Positions 9,734 to 20,081 are shown, numbered from the stretch's first letter. The stretch: DNA of 64,000 nucleotides from Phormidium sp. (GCA_051013385.1 CP143273.1:1376001-1440000), one strand, 5' to 3'. Translations and numbers: made by a program. Notes: a model not told the origin generated them from the sequence alone.

Positions 9734-11347
9734 GTGTCATTAGTGGCAGCTTTCGATAATCGCCCTAAGCGCCGCCAACGGCGACAGCAAACAAAACAAC
9801 AGCAAGCACCACAACGGCAGCAACCAGCCAAGACACCAAGCAAGCAGTCTGGGTCGTCTGGTGCTAAACACATCTTGGAAAGGCTATCGCTAAAGGAACA
9901 GCGACCAAATCAACCAAGGCAAAGGTCTACTTCTGCTGACAGTCGCAACTGGTGGGAGAAACTATTTTCGCAAAAAACTAAATCGCCCGCTAGAAAAGCC
10001 CAGAAAGGTCGCGGCAATTTAGTGGCAGTGGATACGCCGCCTCCATATTCCTCTGTCACGGAATTAAGACCCAGAAATAACAATAATCCTAAAGAGCGAC
10101 AACAAAGAAATTTAGAGCTTATTAAGCCAGTGAGTAGACAGTCTCCAGTTTACGGCAATGGTAGTTATGAGTTTCGGGAAAATGGTTACAAGTCCACTCC
10201 TCGTCCGATTTCATCTTCTAACCGTAGCAAACCCCGTGCCCAAAAAAAGCCGCTTTCACCTTTGGTGTATGGTGCAAGGTTGCTAATTTTGGGAATTGGT
10301 TTGGGTGTGTTTGTGGGTACGCTGTTGTCAATTTTAGACCCAGCAACCCGCCAACCATCTGGGGCTACTCCTGGCGCACAAACTCCAACTACTCCTGCGG
10401 TAATAAGTCCAGCTACCCCGGAAACTTCTGTACCTGGTAGCGCTGCAACTTTCAACCCCACCCAAGAAATTGCGGCTTTAAAAACGCAGATTGCTGCTGT
10501 ATCTTCGGAAAATCTCTTATTTACGCCTGGGGTGTTTGTGATTGATTTAGAAACTGGTAATTATGCAGATTTGAATGGGAATAATGCTATTGCTTCGGCA
10601 AGTACAATTAAAGTGCCAATTTTGATTGCTTTTCTCCAAGATGTGGAAGCAGGGAAAATTCAATGGGAGGAAAAATTGACCCTAAAATCGGAGTTTCTTG
10701 CTTCGGGTAGTGGCAATATGCGGCATCGGAAAACTGGCACTGAATACACTGCTTTGGATGTATTGACGAGGATGATTACCATTAGCGACAATACGGCTAC
10801 TAATATGGTGATCGATCGCTTGGGTGGAATTGAAGCTTTAAATCGGCGGTTTCAAGAGTGGGGTTTAACTACAACTACACTGCGTAACCCATTACCAGAT
10901 GTGCAAGGGACGAATACTAGTAGCCCGAAAGAGTTGGCGGTGTTAATGGCGCGAGTGATGCGAGGTGAGTTGGTGTCAGCGGCTTCGCGCGATCGCATGA
11001 TGGAAATTATGCAACAAACCGAAAATGACAATCTCTTGCCTAAAGGAATTGGTGAAGGAGCGAAAATCGCTCATAAAACTGGTAACATCGGTTCCATGTT
11101 GGCTGATGTGGGAATAGTCAATTTACCCTCTGGTAAGCAATATGTAATTGCTGTCATGGTACAACGTCCCCGTCGAGATGTCCGCGCCCAAAAAATTATT
11201 CAACAAATCTCTAGCACTACTTATCAGTACTTTAACCAAAATCCCCAAAATCCTTCAACCGTTCCCCAAACTCCAGATCCCGATCTACCTAATATTCAAC
11301 CACAATCTCCCGCCCCGACTACGACGAGTTGGATTAATCGTAATTAG
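9734..11347 (+). CDS. Membrane-anchored class A beta-lactamase-like serine hydrolase with long disordered N-terminus
   Basis: ASTIK (SxxK), SDN and HKTG motifs; one TM helix. Confidence 0.85.
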   Translation: MSLVAAFDNRPKRRQRRQQTKQQQAPQRQQPAKTPSKQSGSSGAKHILERLSLKEQRPNQPRQRSTSADSRNWWEKLFSQKTKSPARKAQKGRGNLVAVDTPPPYSSVTELRPRNNNNPKERQQRNLELIKPVSRQSPVYGNGSYEFRENGYKSTPRPISSSNRSKPRAQKKPLSPLVYGARLLILGIGLGVFVGTLLSILDPATRQPSGATPGAQTPTTPAVISPATPETSVPGSAATFNPTQEIAALKTQIAAVSSENLLFTPGVFVIDLETGNYADLNGNNAIASASTIKVPILIAFLQDVEAGKIQWEEKLTLKSEFLASGSGNMRHRKTGTEYTALDVLTRMITISDNTATNMVIDRLGGIEALNRRFQEWGLTTTTLRNPLPDVQGTNTSSPKELAVLMARVMRGELVSAASRDRMMEIMQQTENDNLLPKGIGEGAKIAHKTGNIGSMLADVGIVNLPSGKQYVIAVMVQRPRRDVRAQKIIQQISSTTYQYFNQNPQNPSTVPQTPDPDLPNIQPQSPAPTTTSWINRN

Positions 11348-11541
11348 TAATTAGTTCCAGAAGGCAAAAGGGGAGAGCCGAAGTTGAGGTCTTTTTAAGT
11401 TGTCATCATTTCTGTGCATTTCCACTTTTGACTCGTTTTGAGGGAACAATTAAATCTGGTTGTTAATTAACCACTCCAGGCACAGAGGACGCAGAGGAAA
11501 CAGGGAGAATAGTTAGCAGGTAATTAGTCGAGTTTGTGTTT

Positions 11542-11643
11542 TTATATTAAGCAGAATGTAGTTACTGTTAAGGCAATTAGTAAACAGAAATGAGGTAAAT
11601 TACTTAACCAGGGACGGTGAGTAATTCGGAGTAATGGATAAAT
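11542..11643 (-). pseudogene. Detached C-terminal 33 codons of the gene at 13505-16174, separated by IS607
   Basis: Translates IYPLLRITHRPWLSNLPHFCLLIALTVTTFCLI*; joins in frame to ...LSALAFS when the IS is removed. Confidence 0.85.
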
Positions 11644-11677
11644 AGTTGGTAAAACCATAAACAAATATCTCATGGGT

Positions 11678-12895
11678 TTACTTTGCAGGGGTTAGCCTAA
11701 CTGGGTGAACTACAACACCCTCTATCCCATTGCTAAAAGCGGTTGGGATTGCTTTTCGCATGATGTTATAAGACCCATTAACATCAGCGTTAAATCGCTT
11801 TCCAGATTTGGATTTGTAGATTCCTCTTTTTACTCTTCTACCACTAAACTTATGTTTGGTTTTATTTTCAGATGAGTAAACAGGGATTGGGTCTATATCC
11901 AGAAAAGAAGCTTGAGAAGTATAGGATTCCTCTTGCTCCATAACGTAAATCCCCAGCAACTCGGCTTTGTATTTCAACATTTGAATAAACCGAGCATGGG
12001 GGACTTGCACAAAGCTTTGGTTATTTTGCTTACCTATATTGATTTCTTGCTTCCAGTTTTCATTTTTTCCTATTACCAACGTTCCCATCTGATTGGCATC
12101 AAGAATATCAACAATTAGGCGACTAGCTTTGTGCAGATAATCATCAACTTTGAAGTTACGCTTGGAGCAAAGTTTCTTGAGTCGCTTACTACTGCCTTTT
12201 CCTAATTTGGACTGCATTTGGGCTTGGCGCTTATGGAAATATTGGTTGATTGATTTTAATGGCTTGCCGTTGATCAAGAGCGGTTTGATTCCGGCTTGAT
12301 TGAATGTTACTGCTGCAAGGTTATCCAATCCAATATCAATGCTGGCAATTCGATAAGCGTCTCTTTGTTGACTGTTAACTTCTACCTCATAAACTACCTC
12401 TACCACATAATGATCTAATTTGGGAATTACTCTTACTTGGTTAAGATTAGAGATCTTGGTTTTAACTGCAACGTTGGACTTGGAAAGCTTGACAACACCT
12501 TTGCTGAGGGCTTTCTTGCTAATGGCTTGAGATGTATAAGTGAGTAAATTCCTGCCCTTTTCCTTGTCTTTGTATTTGGGTAAGCTGGGTCTACCTAGAA
12601 ACTTTTTCGGGTTTTCTTTCCACTGTGCCATCGCCGCCAAGAAACTTTGCCAATTCTTTTCAAGACCCATGAGGACAAGCTGACTTACTTTGCTTGGCAA
12701 TGCCTTGTAAACCTCTGTGCCTTGTAGTTGCTTCTGAATCGTTAAGTAATTGAGATAAGTGTTCTCGTGAATAAAGCTTTGGCGGACTAGGTAATTGGCG
12801 TAATTATAAAGATTCTTAGACAACCAACAAAGATTATCAATCTCTTGATAATGCGGATGCCCTTGTTTAATTACCTGCCTCTCTACTAGCTGCAT
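11678..12895 (-). CDS. tnpB: RNA-guided endonuclease TnpB
   Basis: NLYNYANY N-terminus, RuvC-I SIDIGLDN, QEESYTSQAS, RuvC-III NADVNGSYNI. Confidence 0.93.
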   Translation of the reverse strand: MQLVERQVIKQGHPHYQEIDNLCWLSKNLYNYANYLVRQSFIHENTYLNYLTIQKQLQGTEVYKALPSKVSQLVLMGLEKNWQSFLAAMAQWKENPKKFLGRPSLPKYKDKEKGRNLLTYTSQAISKKALSKGVVKLSKSNVAVKTKISNLNQVRVIPKLDHYVVEVVYEVEVNSQQRDAYRIASIDIGLDNLAAVTFNQAGIKPLLINGKPLKSINQYFHKRQAQMQSKLGKGSSKRLKKLCSKRNFKVDDYLHKASRLIVDILDANQMGTLVIGKNENWKQEINIGKQNNQSFVQVPHARFIQMLKYKAELLGIYVMEQEESYTSQASFLDIDPIPVYSSENKTKHKFSGRRVKRGIYKSKSGKRFNADVNGSYNIMRKAIPTAFSNGIEGVVVHPVRLTPAK

Positions 12896-13482
12896 TCTTC
12901 GTCCTTACTCAATTCTTGAATGATTCTTTCTGTCTTTCTTTTGGCTCGTCTTTGTCCGTATAATCTAGCAGCAAATGAGGTAATGATTGCCACCAAATCT
13001 TGCATCAATTCATCTCTGCCATTGTCGGCTAAATTCACTATTTCTAGCCTTACTCCTAGCCTAGAAAGTAATAGCTCTAAATAGTTTGTTCCGAATCTAG
13101 CAAGCCTATCTCGATGTTCAACCAAAAGAGTGTTGTAATCATCTTGCCGCAATAAAGCGTCTAGCTTTTTTCGACTATCATTTAATCCACTTCCCACCTC
13201 CTTAACCACTCGAACAATTTGATAGCCTTTGACGGTTGCGTATTGAGTTAATCTTTCTGCTTGCCTGTCTAAGTTATCTTTGTTTTCTGATGACGAAACT
13301 CTAGCGTAAATCGCCACCTTAATCTGGTCGGGATATGTTGATTGTACCTCTGGCACAAAATCAACAATTACCGTTCCACTTTCTGCTTGAGTGGCCCGGT
13401 GAGGCAGTCTACCTGCTTTCCACCAGCGCCAAGCAGTTTGATAGCTTACTCCTAAGTGTTTGGCGTAATCAGACAATTTCAT
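12886..13482 (-). CDS. tnpA: IS607 transposase (N-terminal HTH + serine recombinase)
   Basis: MKLSDYAKHLGVSYQTAWRW HTH, IYARVSS, EVGSGLN, EHRDRLARFG. Confidence 0.95.
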   Translation of the reverse strand: MKLSDYAKHLGVSYQTAWRWWKAGRLPHRATQAESGTVIVDFVPEVQSTYPDQIKVAIYARVSSSENKDNLDRQAERLTQYATVKGYQIVRVVKEVGSGLNDSRKKLDALLRQDDYNTLLVEHRDRLARFGTNYLELLLSRLGVRLEIVNLADNGRDELMQDLVAIITSFAARLYGQRRAKRKTERIIQELSKDEECS

Positions 13483-13504
13483 GTCTATATATTACTACAA
13501 ACGA

Positions 13505-16174
13505 CTATGCTTGCCTATAATTTGAGGGAAGTTTTTCCATACTAAAAGCTAGGGCTGAGAGTAAGGTTAAACCTTGCAGAAAAGCAGCTACATCTGCACT
13601 CCAAGTAAGTGTGGGTAATCCTACACCACTGTAACCTAACGTTTGGGCGAATACAGGCAGAATTTTTCCGTCTTCGGTAATTCCAGAGGGGATATAGTAG
13701 GCTAAGTTTGCGGCTAAGGTGAAGGGAAGATAGGCGTAAATTATGGTGAGATAATCGGGCATTTCTCGGTCTTGCCATCGGGCGATCGCATGAGTAAAAT
13801 ATGTCAAAATTGTGGGAATACTCAGCAACAATACTACCACTGGAATTGAAATTAGTAAATGCTCTGAGTCGATCGCTAAATTAGACCATCCTAACCAAGT
13901 TAAAATCTTTTCGGCATGGTGCATAAACACGCCGCCTAATAATAATAATAGTAAGGCTGCTTCTGCTGCAAAACCTCGATGATGATCGAGTAAATCTGAG
14001 GCGGGAAATCTTAAGTTTAGTTGGGCGGAACGATTAGGACAACCTTTTAAACAACTCATGCAGAGTATACAATCTCGATTATCTAATAGTTGTGCTGGGT
14101 GAGAATACAGGGGACAACCTGCGGTTGCTTGTCCTTCTGTGGGTAGTGCTTCGCCATAAGCGATCGCAGTCGATGTGCTACCTTTATAACAGCTAAAAGT
14201 TTGACATTGACTGGCACAAATTTGCTGAGTTGAGCGTAATTCTATCATGGAAAGTTTAGCAAATAAGCCATTCATTCCCCCTATTGGGCATAAGTGACGG
14301 CACCATAATCGACGTTCATAAATTAAACTAAAAATTACTGATCCTAGTGCAATAATTGTTAGTAACCAAGCAGAAAGATAAGCTTTATGGGGTAAATTCC
14401 AAAGTTGTTCCCATAAATAAATTGCCACAAATCCCGCAAATAATATCCACGCACCCCAACGATTTAACCATTTGTTATTCCAGGGAAGTTGCTGACGAGG
14501 AAATAACCATAAAGAGAAGCGACGTATCCATTCTCCTGTCACCATAAATGGGCAAACTGCACACCACAAACGACCAACAAAAGCAAAGAAAAATAAATAC
14601 ATCGGCCACCACCAAGCCCAAAATAAGTTTAAAGTAATACTACTATCTCGTGTTTGGGGGCCAAAAAATCCTAACAGAGTTACGGGGATAAATATTGCCA
14701 TCATTATTCCCCATAAACCTTCAGGATACCAACGACTTAGTAATAAGGGACGCAACCAATTTACATGAGTTAATAAGTCAATGCGAAAGGCGTTTTTATC
14801 TGATTGTACAGACCAAAATAATTGTTCGGGAATTGTTGTTTCTTCTGTGGGGGTGTTGAGGACGGCGCGATGGAGAATTTCTGCGAGTTCTGTTAAGTTT
14901 CCCGGATAATTGTAACTCAATAAACGCCGCAAGTTGGCGCGATTTAGTTGTAGTGTTGGTCGATCGCATTCTCGACAAATCTTCTGGAGAAAATATCTAG
15001 CAAATTCGGGAATGTCTGCTTTTCTTTGATTTAAGGTAAATAATTTAATTGGAATGGTTTCGATTTCGGGAAACTCTAATAAATCGGGAGAAGCTAAAAT
15101 TAATCTTACCCAAGATTGTAAGGGTTGATTTGGGATTTTCCCCCAACAATTACCTAATTTTAAATCTTCGGCTTTGCTTTCCCGATCGATCTGTTCTGCA
15201 TTAGGAATAATATAACCTGTTTTTAGATAGTGAATTAACCGATCGCGATCGGCAATACTCAACAATTGCACATGATCGATTAATAAAGTTCCTCTTTCTA
15301 AAATCGCAATTATTCCCGGTTCTTTTCCGACTTTACCAAACAAAATATCAGTGTTAATTGTGCCATCTTCTCGATTGGGTAATTCAGCACAATCTATTTC
15401 TATAAATGGTTGGGCGGCTACTTCTGAATGAGCATGAATCATTCCTGCTAAAAAAGTTTTTCCTGTACCCGCTTGTCCTTGAAATATTACAGGTTGGAGA
15501 TTATTAGCTGCTTGTTGAATTTGGCTGGCTAATTTTTTTGTGGCTTTGCTATTACCTAAAATTGTTTCGGCTTTAGGTACTGGTTGAATATAGGGTTGCC
15601 AAGTTTGAATTCTGGTTTTCTCGTGACAAATTCTTAAGGTAAATGTGTTTAATTCTTCTGCTAAAATAGCGTTAATTGTTTGGGAAATCTCGGGATATTT
15701 AGGTGATAATTCGGTGAATTCAGTTAATGCTAAAAAGCCGATTTCGCAGTTGGTGAGAGCGATCGCACTACTTTGATAAATCTCTGCACAATTTTCTACT
15801 AAACTAGCATAGCCAAATAGTTCACCTGGGTGATGATAGCGGATAATTGAATGACAAATTGGTAGTAAATGGGAAATTTCTACTACACCAGATTTGAGGA
15901 AATAAAAACCGATTGGACTCTGCCCCTTTTGATAAATTGGCGTTCCCGCTTCTACTGTAAAATAATGTAAGCAATGAACAAGTTCTGTTAAAGTTTGTTG
16001 CGATAACTTCATCCAAATTCGCTGCGAACTTAACCAAGTTACCCATTCTAAAACCAATTGTTCATTTACTAACTCAATTTTCGGTTTTCCTGCGCCTAGC
16101 GGTAAGGTTTGTTCCGGGAAAGATGGGGTTAATTGTGACTGCGATCGATCGATCGCAACTGCTTGGGAGTCCAT
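13505..16174 (-). CDS. Cyclic-nucleotide-binding / sigma54-activator-like AAA+ / 4Fe-4S membrane protein, C-terminally disrupted by IS607
   Basis: cNMP domain (PGELFG), Walker A GQAGTGKT, YNYPGNLTEL, GRLWCAVCP, WCRHLCP, CILCMSCLKGCP; last 11 codons derive from the IS end. Confidence 0.85.
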   Translation of the reverse strand: MDSQAVAIDRSQSQLTPSFPEQTLPLGAGKPKIELVNEQLVLEWVTWLSSQRIWMKLSQQTLTELVHCLHYFTVEAGTPIYQKGQSPIGFYFLKSGVVEISHLLPICHSIIRYHHPGELFGYASLVENCAEIYQSSAIALTNCEIGFLALTEFTELSPKYPEISQTINAILAEELNTFTLRICHEKTRIQTWQPYIQPVPKAETILGNSKATKKLASQIQQAANNLQPVIFQGQAGTGKTFLAGMIHAHSEVAAQPFIEIDCAELPNREDGTINTDILFGKVGKEPGIIAILERGTLLIDHVQLLSIADRDRLIHYLKTGYIIPNAEQIDRESKAEDLKLGNCWGKIPNQPLQSWVRLILASPDLLEFPEIETIPIKLFTLNQRKADIPEFARYFLQKICRECDRPTLQLNRANLRRLLSYNYPGNLTELAEILHRAVLNTPTEETTIPEQLFWSVQSDKNAFRIDLLTHVNWLRPLLLSRWYPEGLWGIMMAIFIPVTLLGFFGPQTRDSSITLNLFWAWWWPMYLFFFAFVGRLWCAVCPFMVTGEWIRRFSLWLFPRQQLPWNNKWLNRWGAWILFAGFVAIYLWEQLWNLPHKAYLSAWLLTIIALGSVIFSLIYERRLWCRHLCPIGGMNGLFAKLSMIELRSTQQICASQCQTFSCYKGSTSTAIAYGEALPTEGQATAGCPLYSHPAQLLDNRDCILCMSCLKGCPNRSAQLNLRFPASDLLDHHRGFAAEAALLLLLLGGVFMHHAEKILTWLGWSNLAIDSEHLLISIPVVVLLLSIPTILTYFTHAIARWQDREMPDYLTIIYAYLPFTLAANLAYYIPSGITEDGKILPVFAQTLGYSGVGLPTLTWSADVAAFLQGLTLLSALAFSMEKLPSNYRQA

Positions 16175-16436
16175 CAGTAGTACCTCACGACTCTGAAGTT
16201 TTCTTGGTTAATAGAGCGAATACTGAAATTATTTCCGATTTTCATAAATTCCTAAATAAATTTTAGCTTATATTCTCTACCTTGCTTTAGCAAAATATAA
16301 CTTTAAAATGATTTGTAAAAGTTAATGAACAAATTTTAAATTTATGAATTATTGCCAGAGCAAAGAAATTATGGCAAGATAAATCATTAAAAATAAAATA
16401 GCTAACAACAGATTCAACTTCTTGAGAAAAGCAGCT

Positions 16437-18206
16437 ATGTTACCGAATTTTAGACGTTTCATCACAATTTATCGAGGTTACGAGCGACCATTCTGGGTAT
16501 CGCAGATCTTGTTAGCGATCGCCAATATTTTCACACTGTTGATCCCATTAATGACGCAGGAACTAATTGACGAAGGGTTACTAGGTGGCGATCGAAATGC
16601 TTTAGGACAGAGTGTTTTATGGATGGTAATATTTGCCTTTTTGAGTGCCATCTTTACAATTGCAAACGCTTGGTATGGAGTGTTATTTGGCGAATTTACT
16701 GCTCATGCGGTGCGGATCAACTTGTATCGAAAAATTCAACAGTTTTCCTTTGGCAATTTAGATAAATTTCCCACTAGTGATTTGATGGTAAGAATGACTA
16801 GTGATGTGGATGCAATTAAAGGAGCCATACAACAGATAGTTTTATCTTTAGCGCAAGCTCCTATCATGTTTATTGGGGCATTAATTTTAATTTTTTTCAA
16901 CAGCCCCAGCCTTATATGGATCTTATTAGTTGTGATTCCTCTTGTGAGTATTCTGTTAGCATTTTTCATTAACAAAATCGGAGCATTTTTTCAAGTAGTA
17001 CAGAAAAAGCTTGATAATTTAAACAGTGTTTTGCAAGAAGTTTTAGCAGGCGTGAGAGTAGTCAAAGCTTTTGTACAAAGTGATTATGAAAACCACCGTT
17101 ACGATCGCGCCAACCGAGAATTTCGCAAAGCATCTCTGCGCCCCATGCAGTACATTTCTTTCTTGCAACCAACACTGTATTTAATTGTCAACTTAGCAAT
17201 AGCCAGTATACTTTGGTTTGGTGGAGTTTCCGTCACCCAAGGTCAAGTTACAGTCGGTGAAATTCTCGCTTTTACTCAGTACTTAGCAACTATTTTAACT
17301 CCCCTAGTTTTACTAGCAGTACTTACACCGCAAATTACCGCAGCAGAAGCCTCAGCCGAACGAATATTTCAAGTCATAGATTCAATCCCAACGGTACCCG
17401 ATTCGCCCCCTACTTTGGAACTAGATCTTGCTACTGCTAAAGGACGTATTCTATTTGAAAATGTTAGTTTTAGCTATTTTGCCAACCCCAGCAAAAAAGA
17501 AGAGGAAAACCATTCTACACCAGTACTAAAAAATATTAATTTAGTCATAGAACCGGGACAAACAGTTGCTTTTTTAGGGGCTACAGGATCGGGAAAATCT
17601 ACTTTAGTAAACTTGATTCCTCGCTTTTATGATGTGACGAGTGGGCGAATCACGATCGATGGTGTAGATGTGCGAAATATTCCTTTGGAAACCTTACATC
17701 AACTAGTAGGAATTTCCTTGCAAGAGTCAGTTTTGTTTAGTGGAAAAGTGCGGGAAAATGTTTGTTACGGCAAACCGGAAGCTACCGAAGATGAGATGAT
17801 TGCAGCAGCAAAAGCCGCAGATGCTCACGGTTTTGTCAGTGCAATTCCTGAAGGTTATGATGCTGCGGTAGCGAGAAGGGGAACTAATTTTTCTGGGGGA
17901 CAAAGACAGCGGTTATCGATCGCTCGCGCCCTCAGCATCAAGTCGAAAATTTTGATTTTTGATGATAGTACAAGTGCTTTAGATATGGCAACAGAAGCCC
18001 GGGTTCAAGATGCGATTAAAAACTCGATGGGAGATAGCACAATTTTATTTGTTGCTCAACGTATTAGCACCGTAATTACTGCCGATAATATCTTCCTTTT
18101 AGAAGCTGGAGAAATTGTCGCCCAAGGCAATCACGAAACCTTACTTCGCACTAGTTCATTGTATCAAGAAATCTACGAATCTCAACTCGGAGGCGTACCC
18201 GCTTAA
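16437..18206 (+). CDS. ABC exporter permease/ATP-binding subunit (degenerate-site half of a heterodimer)
   Basis: TM domain, GATGSGKS, FSGGQRQR, Walker B IFDDS lacking the catalytic Glu, Q in place of the switch His; ATG at 16437. Confidence 0.9.
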   Translation: MLPNFRRFITIYRGYERPFWVSQILLAIANIFTLLIPLMTQELIDEGLLGGDRNALGQSVLWMVIFAFLSAIFTIANAWYGVLFGEFTAHAVRINLYRKIQQFSFGNLDKFPTSDLMVRMTSDVDAIKGAIQQIVLSLAQAPIMFIGALILIFFNSPSLIWILLVVIPLVSILLAFFINKIGAFFQVVQKKLDNLNSVLQEVLAGVRVVKAFVQSDYENHRYDRANREFRKASLRPMQYISFLQPTLYLIVNLAIASILWFGGVSVTQGQVTVGEILAFTQYLATILTPLVLLAVLTPQITAAEASAERIFQVIDSIPTVPDSPPTLELDLATAKGRILFENVSFSYFANPSKKEEENHSTPVLKNINLVIEPGQTVAFLGATGSGKSTLVNLIPRFYDVTSGRITIDGVDVRNIPLETLHQLVGISLQESVLFSGKVRENVCYGKPEATEDEMIAAAKAADAHGFVSAIPEGYDAAVARRGTNFSGGQRQRLSIARALSIKSKILIFDDSTSALDMATEARVQDAIKNSMGDSTILFVAQRISTVITADNIFLLEAGEIVAQGNHETLLRTSSLYQEIYESQLGGVPA

Positions 18207-18257
18207 TAGGGACAAGCCAATAATTTTGCCAAGCTATTCACACCAAAAATAGAGAAC

Positions 18258-20063
18258 ATGACTAAACCTTTTTTGCATCGTAAATTTCCCTCGAAAGCTG
18301 GAGAACCTCCAAAAGAATCTACCGGAAAAGTTTTGCCTCGGTTGTTAGGTTATGTAACCCACTACACTGGGCAAATCTTATTAGTAATACTACTGTTGTT
18401 AGTCGGTACAACATTCAATTTGTTAATTCCTTATCTTTTGGGAGAAGGACTCAACAATTTAAGCACTTCACCGAACTTAAAAGTGCTGTTGAATATTGTC
18501 ATATTAATGGCGATCGCATCAGTCGGCAGCTGGGCGGCACTATTACTACAAGGGCTAATTATAGCTAAAGTATTGCAACGGGCTTTGTATAACCTGCGGC
18601 GCGATTTGTTTGAGCATATCCAAACCCTTTCTATCAATTTCTTCGATCGACAACCGATCGGACAATTAATGAGCCGTGTCACCAATGACACAGAAGTAAT
18701 TGCTACATTCTTTCGCAGTGGTTTAAATTTGTTATTGAGCGAAAGTATCAAACTAGTTTTTATTGTCATCGCCATGTTTTGGCTGAACTGGAAATTAGCA
18801 ATTACAGCATTGATAATTTCACCGTTAGTTATGACATTTTTAGGCTTTATTAGTCGAGTATCAGGGCCAATTTTTGATAATTTACAACAACAAATTGGCG
18901 AACTCAATGGCTTGATGGAAGAAACAGTAAGCGGCGAAAAAGTAGTCATTGCCTACGGTCGGCAACAGGAAGCGATCGACAACTTTCAACAAATTAGTTT
19001 AGCCGCAATGGAAGCGGGAATTAAAGCCCGATTTATTGCCTTACTCAGTCGCCCAGTTACACTAGTTTTGACCAACTTAGATGTTGCCTTAGTAGCCTTA
19101 GTTGGCGGTTTGTTAGTATTAAATAATCAAGCCGATGTGGGTATAGTCGCCACATTTTTACAATACACAAGACAATTTGGAATTCCGATCGCCAACCTTG
19201 CTAATACTTTAGATAGTTTGTTAGCATCAATTTCATCTGCCGAAAGAGTCTTTGCCATTTTAGATGAAAAACCAGTAATTGTAGACAAACCTAACGCTTT
19301 TCCCCTGCCACCAATTCAAGGTCATGTTGTGTTTAAAAATGTAGACTTTAGCTATGTTCAAGGTAGACAAATTCTGAAACAGAATAGCTTTGAAGCTTTA
19401 CCCGGTCAAAAAATTGGTTTGTGTGGCCCTACAGGTGCAGGCAAAAGTACAATCATCAACTTAATTACTCGTTATTATGACATTGACAAAGGCGACATTA
19501 CCATCGACGGGCATAGTATTTATGATGTACAACAAGACAGTTTGCGTCGGCAAATTGGCATTGTATTACAGGAACCTTTCCTATTTTCAGATACCGTAAT
19601 GAATAACCTGCGTTACGCTAGATTAGACGCAACAGATGAAGATTGTATTACCGCCGCAAAACAAGCAAATGCTCACGAATTTATCTGGCGTTTACCTAAC
19701 AGTTACGATACTGTTTTAACCGAGCGAGGCGGTAATCTTAGTCAAGGACAAAGGCAATTATTAACGATCGCTAGAATGATGGTAGCAAATCCCCGCATGG
19801 TAATTTTAGACGAAGCTACCAGCAACGTAGATACTCGCACCGAAGAAAAGATTCAACAAGCACTAAATCGTTTAATGCAAGGACGCACGAGTTTTGTAAT
19901 TGCTCACCGATTAAGTACAATTCGAGATGCCGATCAAATATTAGTAATTAAAGCCGGAGAAATCATTGAACGAGGCACTCACGAAGAATTAATGGCAAAA
20001 CATGAATTCTACTATGACCTTTACATGAGTCAGTTTAAAGGTAAAGTGGCTGCGATCGCTTAA
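18258..20063 (+). CDS. ABC exporter permease/ATP-binding subunit (partner)
   Basis: GPTGAGKS, LSQGQRQ, ILDEATS, IAHRLST. Confidence 0.9.
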   Translation: MTKPFLHRKFPSKAGEPPKESTGKVLPRLLGYVTHYTGQILLVILLLLVGTTFNLLIPYLLGEGLNNLSTSPNLKVLLNIVILMAIASVGSWAALLLQGLIIAKVLQRALYNLRRDLFEHIQTLSINFFDRQPIGQLMSRVTNDTEVIATFFRSGLNLLLSESIKLVFIVIAMFWLNWKLAITALIISPLVMTFLGFISRVSGPIFDNLQQQIGELNGLMEETVSGEKVVIAYGRQQEAIDNFQQISLAAMEAGIKARFIALLSRPVTLVLTNLDVALVALVGGLLVLNNQADVGIVATFLQYTRQFGIPIANLANTLDSLLASISSAERVFAILDEKPVIVDKPNAFPLPPIQGHVVFKNVDFSYVQGRQILKQNSFEALPGQKIGLCGPTGAGKSTIINLITRYYDIDKGDITIDGHSIYDVQQDSLRRQIGIVLQEPFLFSDTVMNNLRYARLDATDEDCITAAKQANAHEFIWRLPNSYDTVLTERGGNLSQGQRQLLTIARMMVANPRMVILDEATSNVDTRTEEKIQQALNRLMQGRTSFVIAHRLSTIRDADQILVIKAGEIIERGTHEELMAKHEFYYDLYMSQFKGKVAAIA

Positions 20064-20081
20064 TCAACTCCCATTAATCAA

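Larger units (their letters stand above)
11645..13538 (-). mobile_element. IS607-family insertion sequence (tnpA serine recombinase + tnpB)
   Basis: Overlapping tnpA-tnpB; ends defined by rebuilding the interrupted gene; ATA at both flanks (11642-11644, 13539-13541). Confidence 0.9.

Noticed and set aside
11678..12895. Cas12f-type CRISPR effector
   Set aside because: It is coupled to IS607 tnpA and has no array, so it is an ordinary TnpB.
11645..13538. IStron (group I intron-IS607 hybrid), since the element sits inside a gene
   Set aside because: Only 56 bp precede tnpA and about 33 bp follow tnpB, leaving no room for a group I intron core.
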